NCBI GenBank assembly: GCA_965644495.1
Contig: CBFFSA010000005.1
Span: 682,001-746,000 of the forward strand
Direction: 5' to 3'
DNA length: 64,000 nt
Source of the DNA: Perkinsela sp. CCAP 1560/9
Lineage: Eukaryota > Protista > Euglenozoa: Kinetoplastea
Shown: in pieces, positions 36,936 through 47,356 of the stretch
How the letters are laid out: every line of letters starts with the position of its first letter
How positions within the stretch are numbered: position 1 is the stretch's first letter
Notes under the pieces: model-generated
Database searches by the model: none
Told to the model about the DNA's origin: nothing
What the model saw: only the letters and a program-made list of their open reading frames with translations
Program-made: the position numbers and the translations under genes

Positions 36936-37554
36936 ATTTTGCATAATTTCAAAAATTGCTATGATCACCCTGGTGGGGACGTGGGGGGGCAGGGGGTACC
37001 CATCGGAATTGTTGAAAAACTAGTAATCTTGTCACTCAATTCGATTCATACGTCTTTGTAAATAATTTTTTCGAAAACTCACCTGAAACGATATCGGGCA
37101 CGAAATCGGGCCAATCCAATCCATCCAATCCAAAAAGGCCGATATAAATCGGCTAGAAACACTACTGTTTTGTATTTCGTGAGGACATCTTTCTCTTGGG
37201 TGAATCCTCCATCTGAATACCCACCGTTTCATGTAGTACAGTTTTCCAACACCATGCCCCCCCAGTAATAAGTCCTCATTCTCTTTGGATGATTTCACTC
37301 CGGAATCTCTAGGAAGTAATACACCTTTTTTGTGGATAGGCTCCCCCCCAGTATTTGATATCTTGCGTTTGTTAGCAATATTCTTCCCGTTACTCTTGGG
37401 ATTATAAATTTCTCGCATTTGTGAAGGGTTTACGAGCTCCGTGGTATGGCCATTCAATGTCTTCACAAATCGGGCCACAAATCGGGCACGAAATCGGGCC
37501 ACAAATCGGGCGCGACGAATTAACCTACGGTAGCGAGGGAGTAGTATCTTTTTT

Positions 37555-38417
37555 AGGCTCTTCGTTAAACGCGGTGGTTGTTGTCAACTTAGAAGTCACT
37601 CATGCTGCGCGCTTCGCGTTGAAAACTACCGCCGCGTTTAACGAAGAGCCTAAAAAAGAAAATTTAGCCTGGAAAACGGAAAGATTATAGCCAAAAATAT
37701 CCAATTTTCGGGTAAAAATGGGGTGATTTTTGGGTATTTTTGCTCTCAGAGCACTAAATCCGACATTTGCGCATGGGAAATCACTCGTAGGCATGAATGA
37801 AAGCCTACCGAACGTATTGGGTAGAGAATGCGACTCCAACCACACCATTCCTTCGACACAAAAATGCCCTTTTAGGTCCGAAAATTACTTTTTCACCTTT
37901 TTTAGTCAAAAATGGGTCATTTTGAGGGGCGCACCACGGTTAGAAGTGATACCTTGCGAAAGCAACTGCGGAGAAAGCTAGTGTAGGTCCCAAATTATCA
38001 AAATACAATAGGGGAAACGATTTTGGAAAAATATTTTTTTTGCCATTTTTTTCGCCAAGTTGAAATTTTTTTCAAATTTTTTTTTCCGAAAAAATCCGAA
38101 CTTGGCGGATCCGTCCTGCGGATACGCGGGGGGGGTCACCCCCGGGTAGGGGAGTGGAAAATGCGCGCCAAGACCCCGGCTACCCTTTCTGCGGTTTGTT
38201 TTCGAAAACTAATTTTTTCGAAAAAATTTGCTCGACCATGACCCCCCTGGACCCCCCATTTTTTTCAATTTTTTTTTTCAGTTTTGGACCGCCGGAGCCC
38301 CCTTTTATATTTTTTTCTTCTATTATATTACTGTGTTCCCCTTTATATTTTCACTGTTTTTGTTCACTTTTTTTTAAATAATCGAGGGTAGAGCGGTAGT
38401 TTTACAACCACCGCAAT
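37555..38417 (+). mobile_element. Family C element, full length
   Basis: Both termini; ends CCACCGCAAT. Confidence 0.88.
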
Positions 38418-38721
38418 TAGTTTTCCGTACTTCGAACGAAGCGCTCAATAGGTTTTACTGTGTAATCCAATTTGTTTGACCAAAATCTCTTTTCAAAGAA
38501 GCGCTTGATAATTCCTGAGAATTTTTTCTATTGTTCAAGGTCTCTCTGAAAATCGAAACTGTCGGTGCTCTCTCGATGTTTTTCACCGAGAAACATTCTT
38601 TGTCTTCTTCAACCGAGAAGGCATATCATGCACTAGATTTCTTTTGAATCAAATGCAATCTGCAACGTACAATGTGTGACTCGGTAAGGTCATTCATTCC
38701 ATTAAACACCTTGAGAAACCC

Positions 38722-39134
38722 AATTGTGATAATAATGTGAAATGTGATAATAATCCGCAATTGTGATAATAACGTGCCAATTGTGATAATAATCCGCAAT
38801 TGTGATAATAATCCGAAATGTGATAATAATCCGAAATGTGATAATAATCCGAAATTTGATATTAATCCGTCCCCCGGTTTACGACGTTTTTGTCGACAGA
38901 TTCGACTCCTGCCACTACTGGTAAGGCATCCAAAAGAGCCCAAATTCGGTGTAAAATTTCGCATTTTTTGCGAAAAAATCGAGCCTTTTCACCCAAAAAA
39001 ATAGATTATTCATGATCTTTTGGCGATTTTTCCTTTTTAGTCTCTTCGTTAAACACGGTGGTAGTTTTCAACGCGAAGAGCGCAGCATGAGTGACTTCTA
39101 AGTTGAAAAAACCACCGCGTTTAACGAAGAGCCT
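38722..39134 (-). mobile_element. Family C variant with TGTGATAATAATCCG minisatellite
   Basis: ~18-20-bp tandem units at 38722-38868; palindrome at 39039-39134. Confidence 0.75.
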
Positions 39135-39531
39135 AAAAAGGAATTGTGTATACACTAGCAATCAGCTATAAGCCCCCCCCCTCGAAAATTAAAAAACTGG
39201 TCTGTTTTTTATCATCTTTTTTTTGAACGTGTAGAGAATTTTACATACAGTAACTCAAAAATGTGTTCAAATGTTTCGACATTTTTTAATGTTTTTATTT
39301 TTTGCCAAAGAGAATCAGAGGATAATGCTGCAGTATATGGTAGTAGTGTAGGCTGGGGTAGTGCTTATATCCCCACGTACTTTGAGTCCATCAACGATCT
39401 TACTACGAAAAACTATGAAAGATATAATGTCAGTCCAACATATGAACACTTTTTTGACTTTTTTTCGGACACGCTTTTTTATAGGAAAACGTTCTACTGC
39501 TTCACCCTTAATGGACCAAAATGGTTTAGAC

Positions 39532-40535
39532 TTAATACTTAGTAAGTCCCCCCTTCGCCCTGATGACTGCCCTCAAACGACGGGGCATGCTTTGAACAAG
39601 AGGGAGGCATGCACTTGGAGGAACTTTCTCCCATGCTTTTTGGGCCCGTTTCCATAACTCGATCATTCCTGCGGGTGGGTCGGGGTAATCTGCCGTTGCC
39701 TTTTTCAGTTCAACCCATAGGTTTTCTATGGGGTTTAAGTCGGGAGACTGAGGGGGCCAGTCAAGCACACACAGCTCCTGCGAATTTAAAAAATCGCGAG
39801 CCTTCTTACTCGTGTGCTTCGGATCGTTATCCTGTTGGAAGACGATCCGATCCTTCGTGACACTCAGCTTTTGTAGGGAAGGGGGCAAATTTTGTTGCAG
39901 TATTTTAACGTACTGCTCGGCGTTCATATTCCCATGAACCAGCTCAATGGTTCCCACACCGTGCTCCATCATGCAACCCCATATCATGATGGAGCCGCCA
40001 CCATACTTGAGCGTACCTTGTGTGTTTCGCTCAGACAGCTCCTCCCCAAAGTCTACCCAAACCCACCGGCTACCATTCGACTCGAAACGGCAGATCTTCG
40101 TTTCATTCGTGAAAAGTACACGGCCCCAGTCGGCGTGCGTCCAATGCTCGTACTTTCTTGCAAAAGCAAGACGTAGAGCCTTGTGACGTTTCGTAAGGTA
40201 GGGCTTCTTGACCCTCTTCTTTCCCTTCATACCACGCTTACGAAGGGAAACCCGAATGGTTTCCGGGCAAACATCCGCAATACCTTCGTCTCTCAACCTT
40301 TTGCTGGCGGCAACTGCGTCTTTTGTGGCGCCGCTAGTGATGAGACGGCGGACGCGCCTACGGCAAGTATCACTCAGCTTACGTGGGCGACCGGTTGGTT
40401 GTCTAGATATTTATTTTTAATACGGCTGACATTTCCTACGCTTAAGTTTAAATCGGCGGCCACTCTACGAAGTGAAGATCCGTTTTCAAGTTTTTCAATA
40501 GCAATCTTTCGTAAATAACTCGGTGTACTGTGCAT
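39532..40535 (-). mobile_element. Tc1/mariner (DD34E-type) transposase, defective
   Basis: HTH, GRPRKLS, KKPYL, VLFTNETK (first catalytic D changed to N), GGGSIMIWG, FQQDNDPKHTS and WPPQSPDLNPIENLW. ATG at 40535; frameshift near 40395. Confidence 0.9.
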
Positions 40536-40829
40536 AAGTAATGTAGAAAATAGAGCAACTTGGTTTAATTCTCCTATTGTAGATCTTTGTTCTACTATGC
40601 ACAGTACACCGAGTTATTTACGAAAGATTGCTATTGAAAAACTTGAAAACGGATCTTCACTTCGTAGAGTGGCCGCCGATTTAAACTTAAGCGTAGGAAA
40701 AAGCGTATATTAAGTTCTTACAAAAAAAGAAGACCGGCAAAGATAGGCTAGGGAAGCAAAGATAGGCTAGAAAGCGCACCGGAAATACCTTTACATCGTA
40801 CCTTACTAGCGAAAGAGTAACAAAAAGGC

Positions 40830-41101
40830 GCAGAGAATTCGAAAACGTGAATACAATTTTGATCGACGAGGCTTCTTGTGTATCAACCAAGATACTATGG
40901 GAAATTCACCAGAGGCTGTGCTGCATTTCAAGCAGGAGCACACTTTTCGGTGGATTTTCAATTGTAATGGTGGGGGATTTTTATCAGCTCCCGCCTGTCC
41001 GAACGTCGGGTCCCTCGCTTATTTGTGGCACAATTTCGTCAGCGCATTCAAAGACTCTCGGAATCAATGATTTTTTAATCTCACAGCACATAGAGCTATA
41101 G
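40830..41101 (+). pseudogene. Pif1-family (Helitron-type) helicase fragment
   Basis: ILIDEASCVS...FGGFSIVMVGDFYQLPPV corresponds to SF1B motifs II and III. Confidence 0.75.
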
Positions 41102-41358
41102 GAACTTCGGAAGAGGACATTTCTCATCAGAAAATGCTGAAAAATCTCTGAGACCCAAACCTGATGGAAAGTACCTTTAAAATGTGCTAAAGGTTGCAAT
41201 AAAAGGGGCAGCGTATCATTCTGTTCCTGAAAAGCCAGTTATCTTAGCAGGGAACACAGCAGAGGTCCGTAAAACTACAAAAACTATTTTATAGTACTAT
41301 TATAGTACTATAAACTTTGAAACACTACAACCCCCCCTCGCTTATACACTTACGGTTA

Positions 41359-43472
41359 TACCCAGATTGAAAGGGGCGAGGGAGATACGAAGCAACAGGC
41401 GTGGCAGATTCCCACTGAAAAGAAATGGTATATCCCTGCACGAAGTTTGTCTCCGAGCTAGCACGCGCAAAGGCTTTACTCGTGCGGGGAGATACCATTT
41501 CTTTTCAGTGGGAATCTGCCACGCCTGTTGCTTCGTATCTCCCTCGCCTCTTTCAATCTGGTTTATCTCCCAGCTGGCCACCCTTCCACAACATGGCCAG
41601 CTCGCCACCCTTGTGTGCAGCTGGCCACTGCAGCTACATTGCATTACTGCAGTCACTTCCTCACGTGGCAGTGCTCTTACTCTCGCACGTTCCACTGCAG
41701 CTACACTGCAGTCACTGACTCTCTCACGCGCCACTGCATCTACACTGCGTTCACTGCCTCACGTGGCAGTACTCTGTCACTTACCACTGTACTTAGAGTG
41801 GTAGTGCACTTACTCTTACACGTGCCACTGCAGCTGCAGTGCATCACTGCAGTCACTTCTTCACGTGGCAGTGCTCTTACTCTCTCACGCGCCACTGCAG
41901 CTACACTACGTTCACTTCCTCACGTGGCAGTACCCTGTCACGTACCACTGTACTTACAGTGGTAGTGCACTTACTCTCTCACGCGCCACTGCAGCTCCAG
42001 TGCATCACTGCAGTCACTTCTTCACGTGGCAGTGCTCTTACTCTCTCACGTGCCATTGCAGCTACACTGCAGTCACTGACTCTCTCACGCGCCACTGCAT
42101 CTACACTGCATTCACTGCCTCACGTGGCAGTACTCTGTCACTTACCACTGTACTTAGAGTGGTAGTGCACTTACTCTTGCACGTGCCACTGCAGCTGCAG
42201 TGCATCACTGCAGTCACTTCTTCACGTGGCAGTGCTCTTACTCTCTCACGCACCACTGCAGCTGCATTGCATCAATACAGTCACTGCCTCACGTCGCAGT
42301 ACTATTAGATTCTCTCCGTCGGGACTCTCACCGACTCACGTCGCAGTACTATTAGAGATTAGAGTACACTTACTCTCTCACGTGCCACTGCAACTACATT
42401 GCATTACTGCAGTCACTGCCTCACGTGGCAGTACACTTACTCTCGCACGTGCCACTGCAGCTACACTGCAGTCACTGACTCTCTCACGTGCCACTGCATC
42501 TACACTGCAGTCACTTCTTCACGTGGTAGTGCTCTTACTCTCTCACGCGCCACTGCAGCTACACTGCGTTCTCTGCCTCACGTGGCAGCACACTTACTCT
42601 CTCACGCGCCACTGCAGCTACACTGCAGTCACTTCACGTGGCAGTGCTCTTACTCTCTCACGCGCCACTGCAGCTACACTGCGTTCTGTGCCTCACGTGG
42701 CAGTACACTTACTCTCTCACGCGCCACTGCAGCTGCACTGCATCAATACAGTCACTTCTTCACGTGGCAGGACACGTACTCTCTCAAGTGCCACTGCAGC
42801 TACATTGCATTACTGCAGTCACTTCCTCACGTGGCAGTGCACTTACTCTCGCACGTGCCATTGCAGCTACACTGCAGTCACTGACTCTCTCACGCGCCAC
42901 TGCATCTACACTTTGTTCACTGCCTCACGTGGCAGTACACTTACTCTCTCACGGGCATTGTAGCTGCACACTACCACTCGGACCTGCTCATTATTTTTCT
43001 CTCTATATATATACAAAATGCAAATCGTGTTTTTGGTGGCCAGCTGGCCAGTTTTTCGAAAAAAAAAATCTGAAAAAAAAGTTCCGAATGTGTTTTTTTT
43101 GCGATCTTGAGCAAATAATACTTTTTTCGAATTTTTTTAGTAAAATGTCGATGTCGGGAATCGAACCGCGGATGTCCAGCGTCAAAATGGAACCCCTTTA
43201 CCAACTGGACTACTCAAAGGACGCTCCTTAGTCAACCAGTTTGTCGTATCGCAGACCTTTGCACACGCACTTTGTTTTTGCCAAAAGTGTTCTAAAATTT
43301 GGGAAATAAGGTTGTTTTAGATGATTTTTAGAGTATTGAAGAGTTCATCTAATGACCTACTGCTACGTTTCGGAATTTTGAAAAAACTCGATCTTGTGCT
43401 TCTTTGACGATCTTTTTCAGTTTTTGGAATTACCCTTAGTAAGCGAGTTAGATACTCCGTATCTCCCTCAAT
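41359..43472 (+). mobile_element. Family D element, full length (~2.1 kb)
   Basis: 5' palindrome 41361-41560, satellite 41600-42965, unique segment with tRNA-like sequence, and 3' mini-hairpin AGATAC-TCC-GTATCTCCCTCAAT. Confidence 0.85.
43147..43219 (-). pseudogene. tRNA-like sequence inside family D (second copy at 56587-56659)
   Basis: TAGTCCAGTTGGTAAAG (A box) and GGTTCGATTCC (B box), followed by TTTT. Acceptor and anticodon stems are imperfect. Confidence 0.6.
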
Positions 43473-43651
43473 TCCCAATAAATTAATCTTTGTTTCAGCA
43501 CCAGTCTTTTTTTGTTCTCCTTTTTACCCACTGAATGTTGAAGAACCAGAAATTCTTCCACATCTTGAATTCCCCTTTTAGCTTCGTCTTCTGACGAATG
43601 GCGCTGTTGAGCACAGAACCACTCACTGTTTAGAAAGTTAATGATCATATT

Positions 43652-44180
43652 ATGAAAGGGATGATGATACTTGGATCTATGGAGGCGTGTGTTTTTGATG
43701 TGTATTCACCGACGGCGAGCACAAAATCGACGAAACAAGATGATTTTGATGAAACACTTTTCAATGTGTGGTTTAAAGATGAGAGCCAAGTGAAATTTAT
43801 TTGTGGAGATTTGAACGCACCTCTACTAACTAATAGAGATAGAAAATGTTTTACAAAGAGCGCGAAAAGGTTGCGAAAACTTTCGCTTTTACTCGGAGCA
43901 CAATCGGCTCACGGGGGTTGCTGCGCGCGCCGGGAATGGACGTACCGTTTTCCGAGAACCCCGAAACACCCTGAAGGCATGACCAAACAACTAGATCACA
44001 TATTTGTGAATATGCGCTTCTTTTCTTCGTTACATGATCAGAAAATTAGAATCGCACCAACCCCCACATGACATTGCACACTATCAGCTTCATTTGCCTT
44101 CCGCTGGAAAAAACCGCATGGACTTGCACAACAACCTTTCTGGGATGCACTGCGTGAGTACCCAAGTGCGCGAGAGATTG
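43652..44180 (+). pseudogene. LINE AP endonuclease fragment
   Basis: DVYSPT, ICGDLNAP, WTYRFP and KQLDHIFV. Confidence 0.8.
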
Positions 44181-44712
44181 TGCTCCCACACAACATATCG
44201 ATCTCTTGCCGTACTGATCATGAATGTATAAAAACAATTCGATAAAAACATGTTATTGTGATAATGTTTGGTTCTTAAGAATATAAACCAATACGCAAAG
44301 GAATACAACCATGAAGTTTCACACAAAAACGGTTGCAAAAAAACATGCTCCATTGAAATGGGTAAGGCTCTTCAAAGCTTACACGACAATTCCATGTATG
44401 TTAAGCGCTTTTAAAAATACACCTTGTTTCCGCATTCTTCTACAAAAAATATGACATGATTATAGTTAAGCCCAATGATACATGATTGCAGAGGCGTCGC
44501 AAACTTGACGCAAATAAAAGACATCTTTTAAAAGCATTGTACGTTAGATCCTGTAAGAAAAGTTTTCCGAAACATGAGTTCCATATAAATTAGAGACACT
44601 TTGGATCAAACTTAACTCCCTGACTTCCCTTCAATTGTGCCTTTTCTGTCCTCATCATTACCCCTCTTTGTTGCTTCCGATCCGTTTTTTGCGCATACCG
44701 ACTTTTTTCTTT

Positions 44713-46005
44713 CTATTCCAAATGCGACACGAAATCCATCGGAAGCTCGTCAATCTGTGTGTGATAGTGTGCCTCCAACTCCTTCAACTCCTGCGCATCC
44801 TTTGTGGTGACAAAATTAATTGCGACCCCTTTGCGGCCGTACCGACCACTACGTCCAATACGATGCAGGTAGTTTTCCCGATTCATTGGGAGGTCGAAGT
44901 TAATGACAATACTCACGTGTTGCACGTCAATTCCTCGAGCCAAGAGATCTGTGGTAATCAGCACGCGTGTGTGACCTGTTTTGAACGTGGACAGGATCTT
45001 CTCCCGCTCCGCTTTACTCATGTCACTGTGCATAAAGCTCACCGTGTGGTGCAGCGCGTTTAACTGCTCGCTCAGCCAATCCACCTTACGTCGGGTGTTA
45101 CAAAAGATTACACTTTGCGCAATATTCATGGAGTCGTAGAGGTCACAAAGGGTCTCGAGCTTGAACTGCTCCTCCACAGCGACGTAGTACTGCTTAATCC
45201 CATCCAACGTGAGCATTTCTTTTTTCACCAGAATCCGCAGCGGGTTTCGCATCAGCTGTTTTGTCAACGCCAACACATCCTCCGGCAGTGTCGCGCTAAA
45301 CAACGCCACCTGCACATCCCGCGGGAGGTACAAACAAATCTCCGTAATCTGCGGATAAAACCCCTGCCCGAGCATCTCATCCGCCTCATCCAGCACAAAC
45401 ACCCTCAACTCACTCGTCGGCAGGCACTTCCGTTTCAGCACATCCTGAATCCTCCCCGGGGTCCCCACCGCCAGCAGCACCCCCCCCTCCTTGATCTTCT
45501 GCACGTCCGTCTGCACCTTCGTCCCGCCCACGAAGCAGTGGGAGAACGGGCACGGGACCCCTGCGATCCCCTCGAGCGCCGGGGGCCCGGGCCCGGGCCC
45601 CCCCTCCGTGAGATAGGTCCCCATCTTCGCGGCGACCTCCTGGGTCTGGAGCGCGAGCTCGCGGGTGGGGCTGAGGATGAGGGCCTGGCAGACGCGGCGG
45701 CTGAAGTCGAGGCGCTGGAGGGTGCCGATGACGAAGGCGCCGGTCTTGCCGGTGCCGCTCTGGGCCTGGGCGATGATGTCCCCGCCGCGGATGAAGGGGG
45801 CGATGGCACGCTGCTGGATCGCGGAGGGCTTCTCGAAGCCGTAGCCGTAGATGCCGCGCAGGAGGTTGTGGCTGAGGGACATCTCGTCGAAGGAGGGGAG
45901 GACGGTGACCCCGGTGGGGAGGGACTCGTCGTCGAAGCTGTCGTGGTCCGTGGGGGAGGGGGTGGGGGGAGGGGGGGTGGGGTCCGGGGGGAGGGGGTTG
46001 TCCAT
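44713..46005 (-). CDS. eIF4A: Translation initiation factor eIF4A (DEAD-box helicase), 430 aa
   Basis: [47 protein letters not shown] and [13 protein letters not shown]. Kinetoplastid-like ([21 protein letters not shown]). Probable ATG at 46005. Confidence 0.95.
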   Translation of the reverse strand: MDNPLPPDPTPPPPTPSPTDHDSFDDESLPTGVTVLPSFDEMSLSHNLLRGIYGYGFEKPSAIQQRAIAPFIRGGDIIAQAQSGTGKTGAFVIGTLQRLDFSRRVCQALILSPTRELALQTQEVAAKMGTYLTEGGPGPGPPALEGIAGVPCPFSHCFVGGTKVQTDVQKIKEGGVLLAVGTPGRIQDVLKRKCLPTSELRVFVLDEADEMLGQGFYPQITEICLYLPRDVQVALFSATLPEDVLALTKQLMRNPLRILVKKEMLTLDGIKQYYVAVEEQFKLETLCDLYDSMNIAQSVIFCNTRRKVDWLSEQLNALHHTVSFMHSDMSKAEREKILSTFKTGHTRVLITTDLLARGIDVQHVSIVINFDLPMNRENYLHRIGRSGRYGRKGVAINFVTTKDAQELKELEAHYHTQIDELPMDFVSHLE

Positions 46006-46319
46006 GGACGGAAGAGAGAGAGAGAAAAAGTAGAAAGTAGGTCGAGGAGGAGAGAGAGAGAGAAATGTGAGGGCGTGTAGGGTAGGGGGTGTGTTTTTTG
46101 TTGGTGATGGTGGGGTAGGGAACAGGAGTATTTTTGTAATCCCGGGGAGTTTGGGAATAATCAATGGGTCCCCCCTTTATGTAAGATATGCCGTCGAAGC
46201 GACGGTGTTCAACATGTAAGAAAGCAACATGTCCAAATCATAGACACGGAAAAAATATCCTTGGCGTTACATTCTCGATGCACAAAGGAGATCTTTTCAG
46301 AATAGTGCCAGTACCACCT

Positions 46320-47204
46320 TCAGTTAAGAGATTTTTCGTACGCATTTTGTGTCATGCGGGGTACAGAGCGTTCAATCCAAAACTTGGGAACTGGTTTTGG
46401 GTAAACAACGGCCGTGAAATTGTTGTCCAGTAAAGTTAGCGAAATGCCCTTTACCCCCTTTTTTATGCTGCAGAGGTTCACGACTCCTCCGAAGCGACAG
46501 TTTCCTAAGTTTAGAATTTTCAGATTCGAAGGAAGATTGTGAAACTCAATGGTTCCATTGAAAGCATTCTTGGATAGCTTGAGCTGCTCTAAAGAGTCGG
46601 GCAAGCACGTCAAATCAACGCCCCCCGAAAGCAAGTTTCTGGTAAGGTCCAAATCTTCAAGACGTGGCAGCTGGGTCAAGTCAGCGGCACCTTCAAAGGA
46701 ATTGTACGAAAGATTTAAAACACGCAGTGTTATGGGGAGCAATGTGAGATCCATGGGCCCGCTCAAATCATTCCCATCGAGTTGGAGTTTTTCCGTTTGT
46801 GTCGGTAGCGTCGTGACGTCAAAACGTCCGGTGTGCTTGTGAGCGCTCAAACGCAAATCCAGAAGAGCGTTGCATAAATTCGAAGAGAGCAACTCACCTC
46901 TGAGATAATGTGTAGTGTGTCGCACAACGATAACTCGCTGTAGAAATCTCGGCATGTAGGGCCACGTGAGATTTCCTTTCATGTGAAATCGAAAGCCAGC
47001 GAAATGGATCGCTCGCTCCTGGGCGTCGCAAACTATTCCTATCCAGGAACATGCCGGGACGGAAGAATTCCTCCAGTCTGAGGGTAAGTTGGTGATGTGT
47101 TGAACAAACCGTCGCATGACCTCATCGTCCGGGATGGTCAGCGCACTTACTTTGTCTCCGTATTTGACACGCTTGAAAGGGGGTTCCACGGAGCTGTCAG
47201 GCAT
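46320..47204 (-). CDS. Leucine-rich repeat protein
   Basis: N-cap CSWIGIVC; repeats DLTxLPxxLxxLxLxxNxxxG. Confidence 0.85.
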   Translation of the reverse strand: MPDSSVEPPFKRVKYGDKVSALTIPDDEVMRRFVQHITNLPSDWRNSSVPACSWIGIVCDAQERAIHFAGFRFHMKGNLTWPYMPRFLQRVIVVRHTTHYLRGELLSSNLCNALLDLRLSAHKHTGRFDVTTLPTQTEKLQLDGNDLSGPMDLTLLPITLRVLNLSYNSFEGAADLTQLPRLEDLDLTRNLLSGGVDLTCLPDSLEQLKLSKNAFNGTIEFHNLPSNLKILNLGNCRFGGVVNLCSIKKGVKGISLTLLDNNFTAVVYPKPVPKFWIERSVPRMTQNAYEKSLN

Positions 47205-47356
47205 TATGAACAGATGAAAAAGTTTAACGATGCGTAGAATTTACTAGACTGAGTTTGAAAAAACATTTTGAGCTAGAGTGATTCGCACGATGGCATACAT
47301 CCTTGTATCGCGTATGACGTAGAAATTTACTCTTCATTTCGAAACTGATCAAACCG

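Noticed and set aside
41342-43231. Many overlapping ORFs in all frames and a CRISPR-like look
   Set aside because: Satellite modules with few stops; no unique spacers and no cas genes.
45115-46080. 321-aa plus-strand ORF
   Set aside because: Antisense shadow of GC-rich eIF4A.
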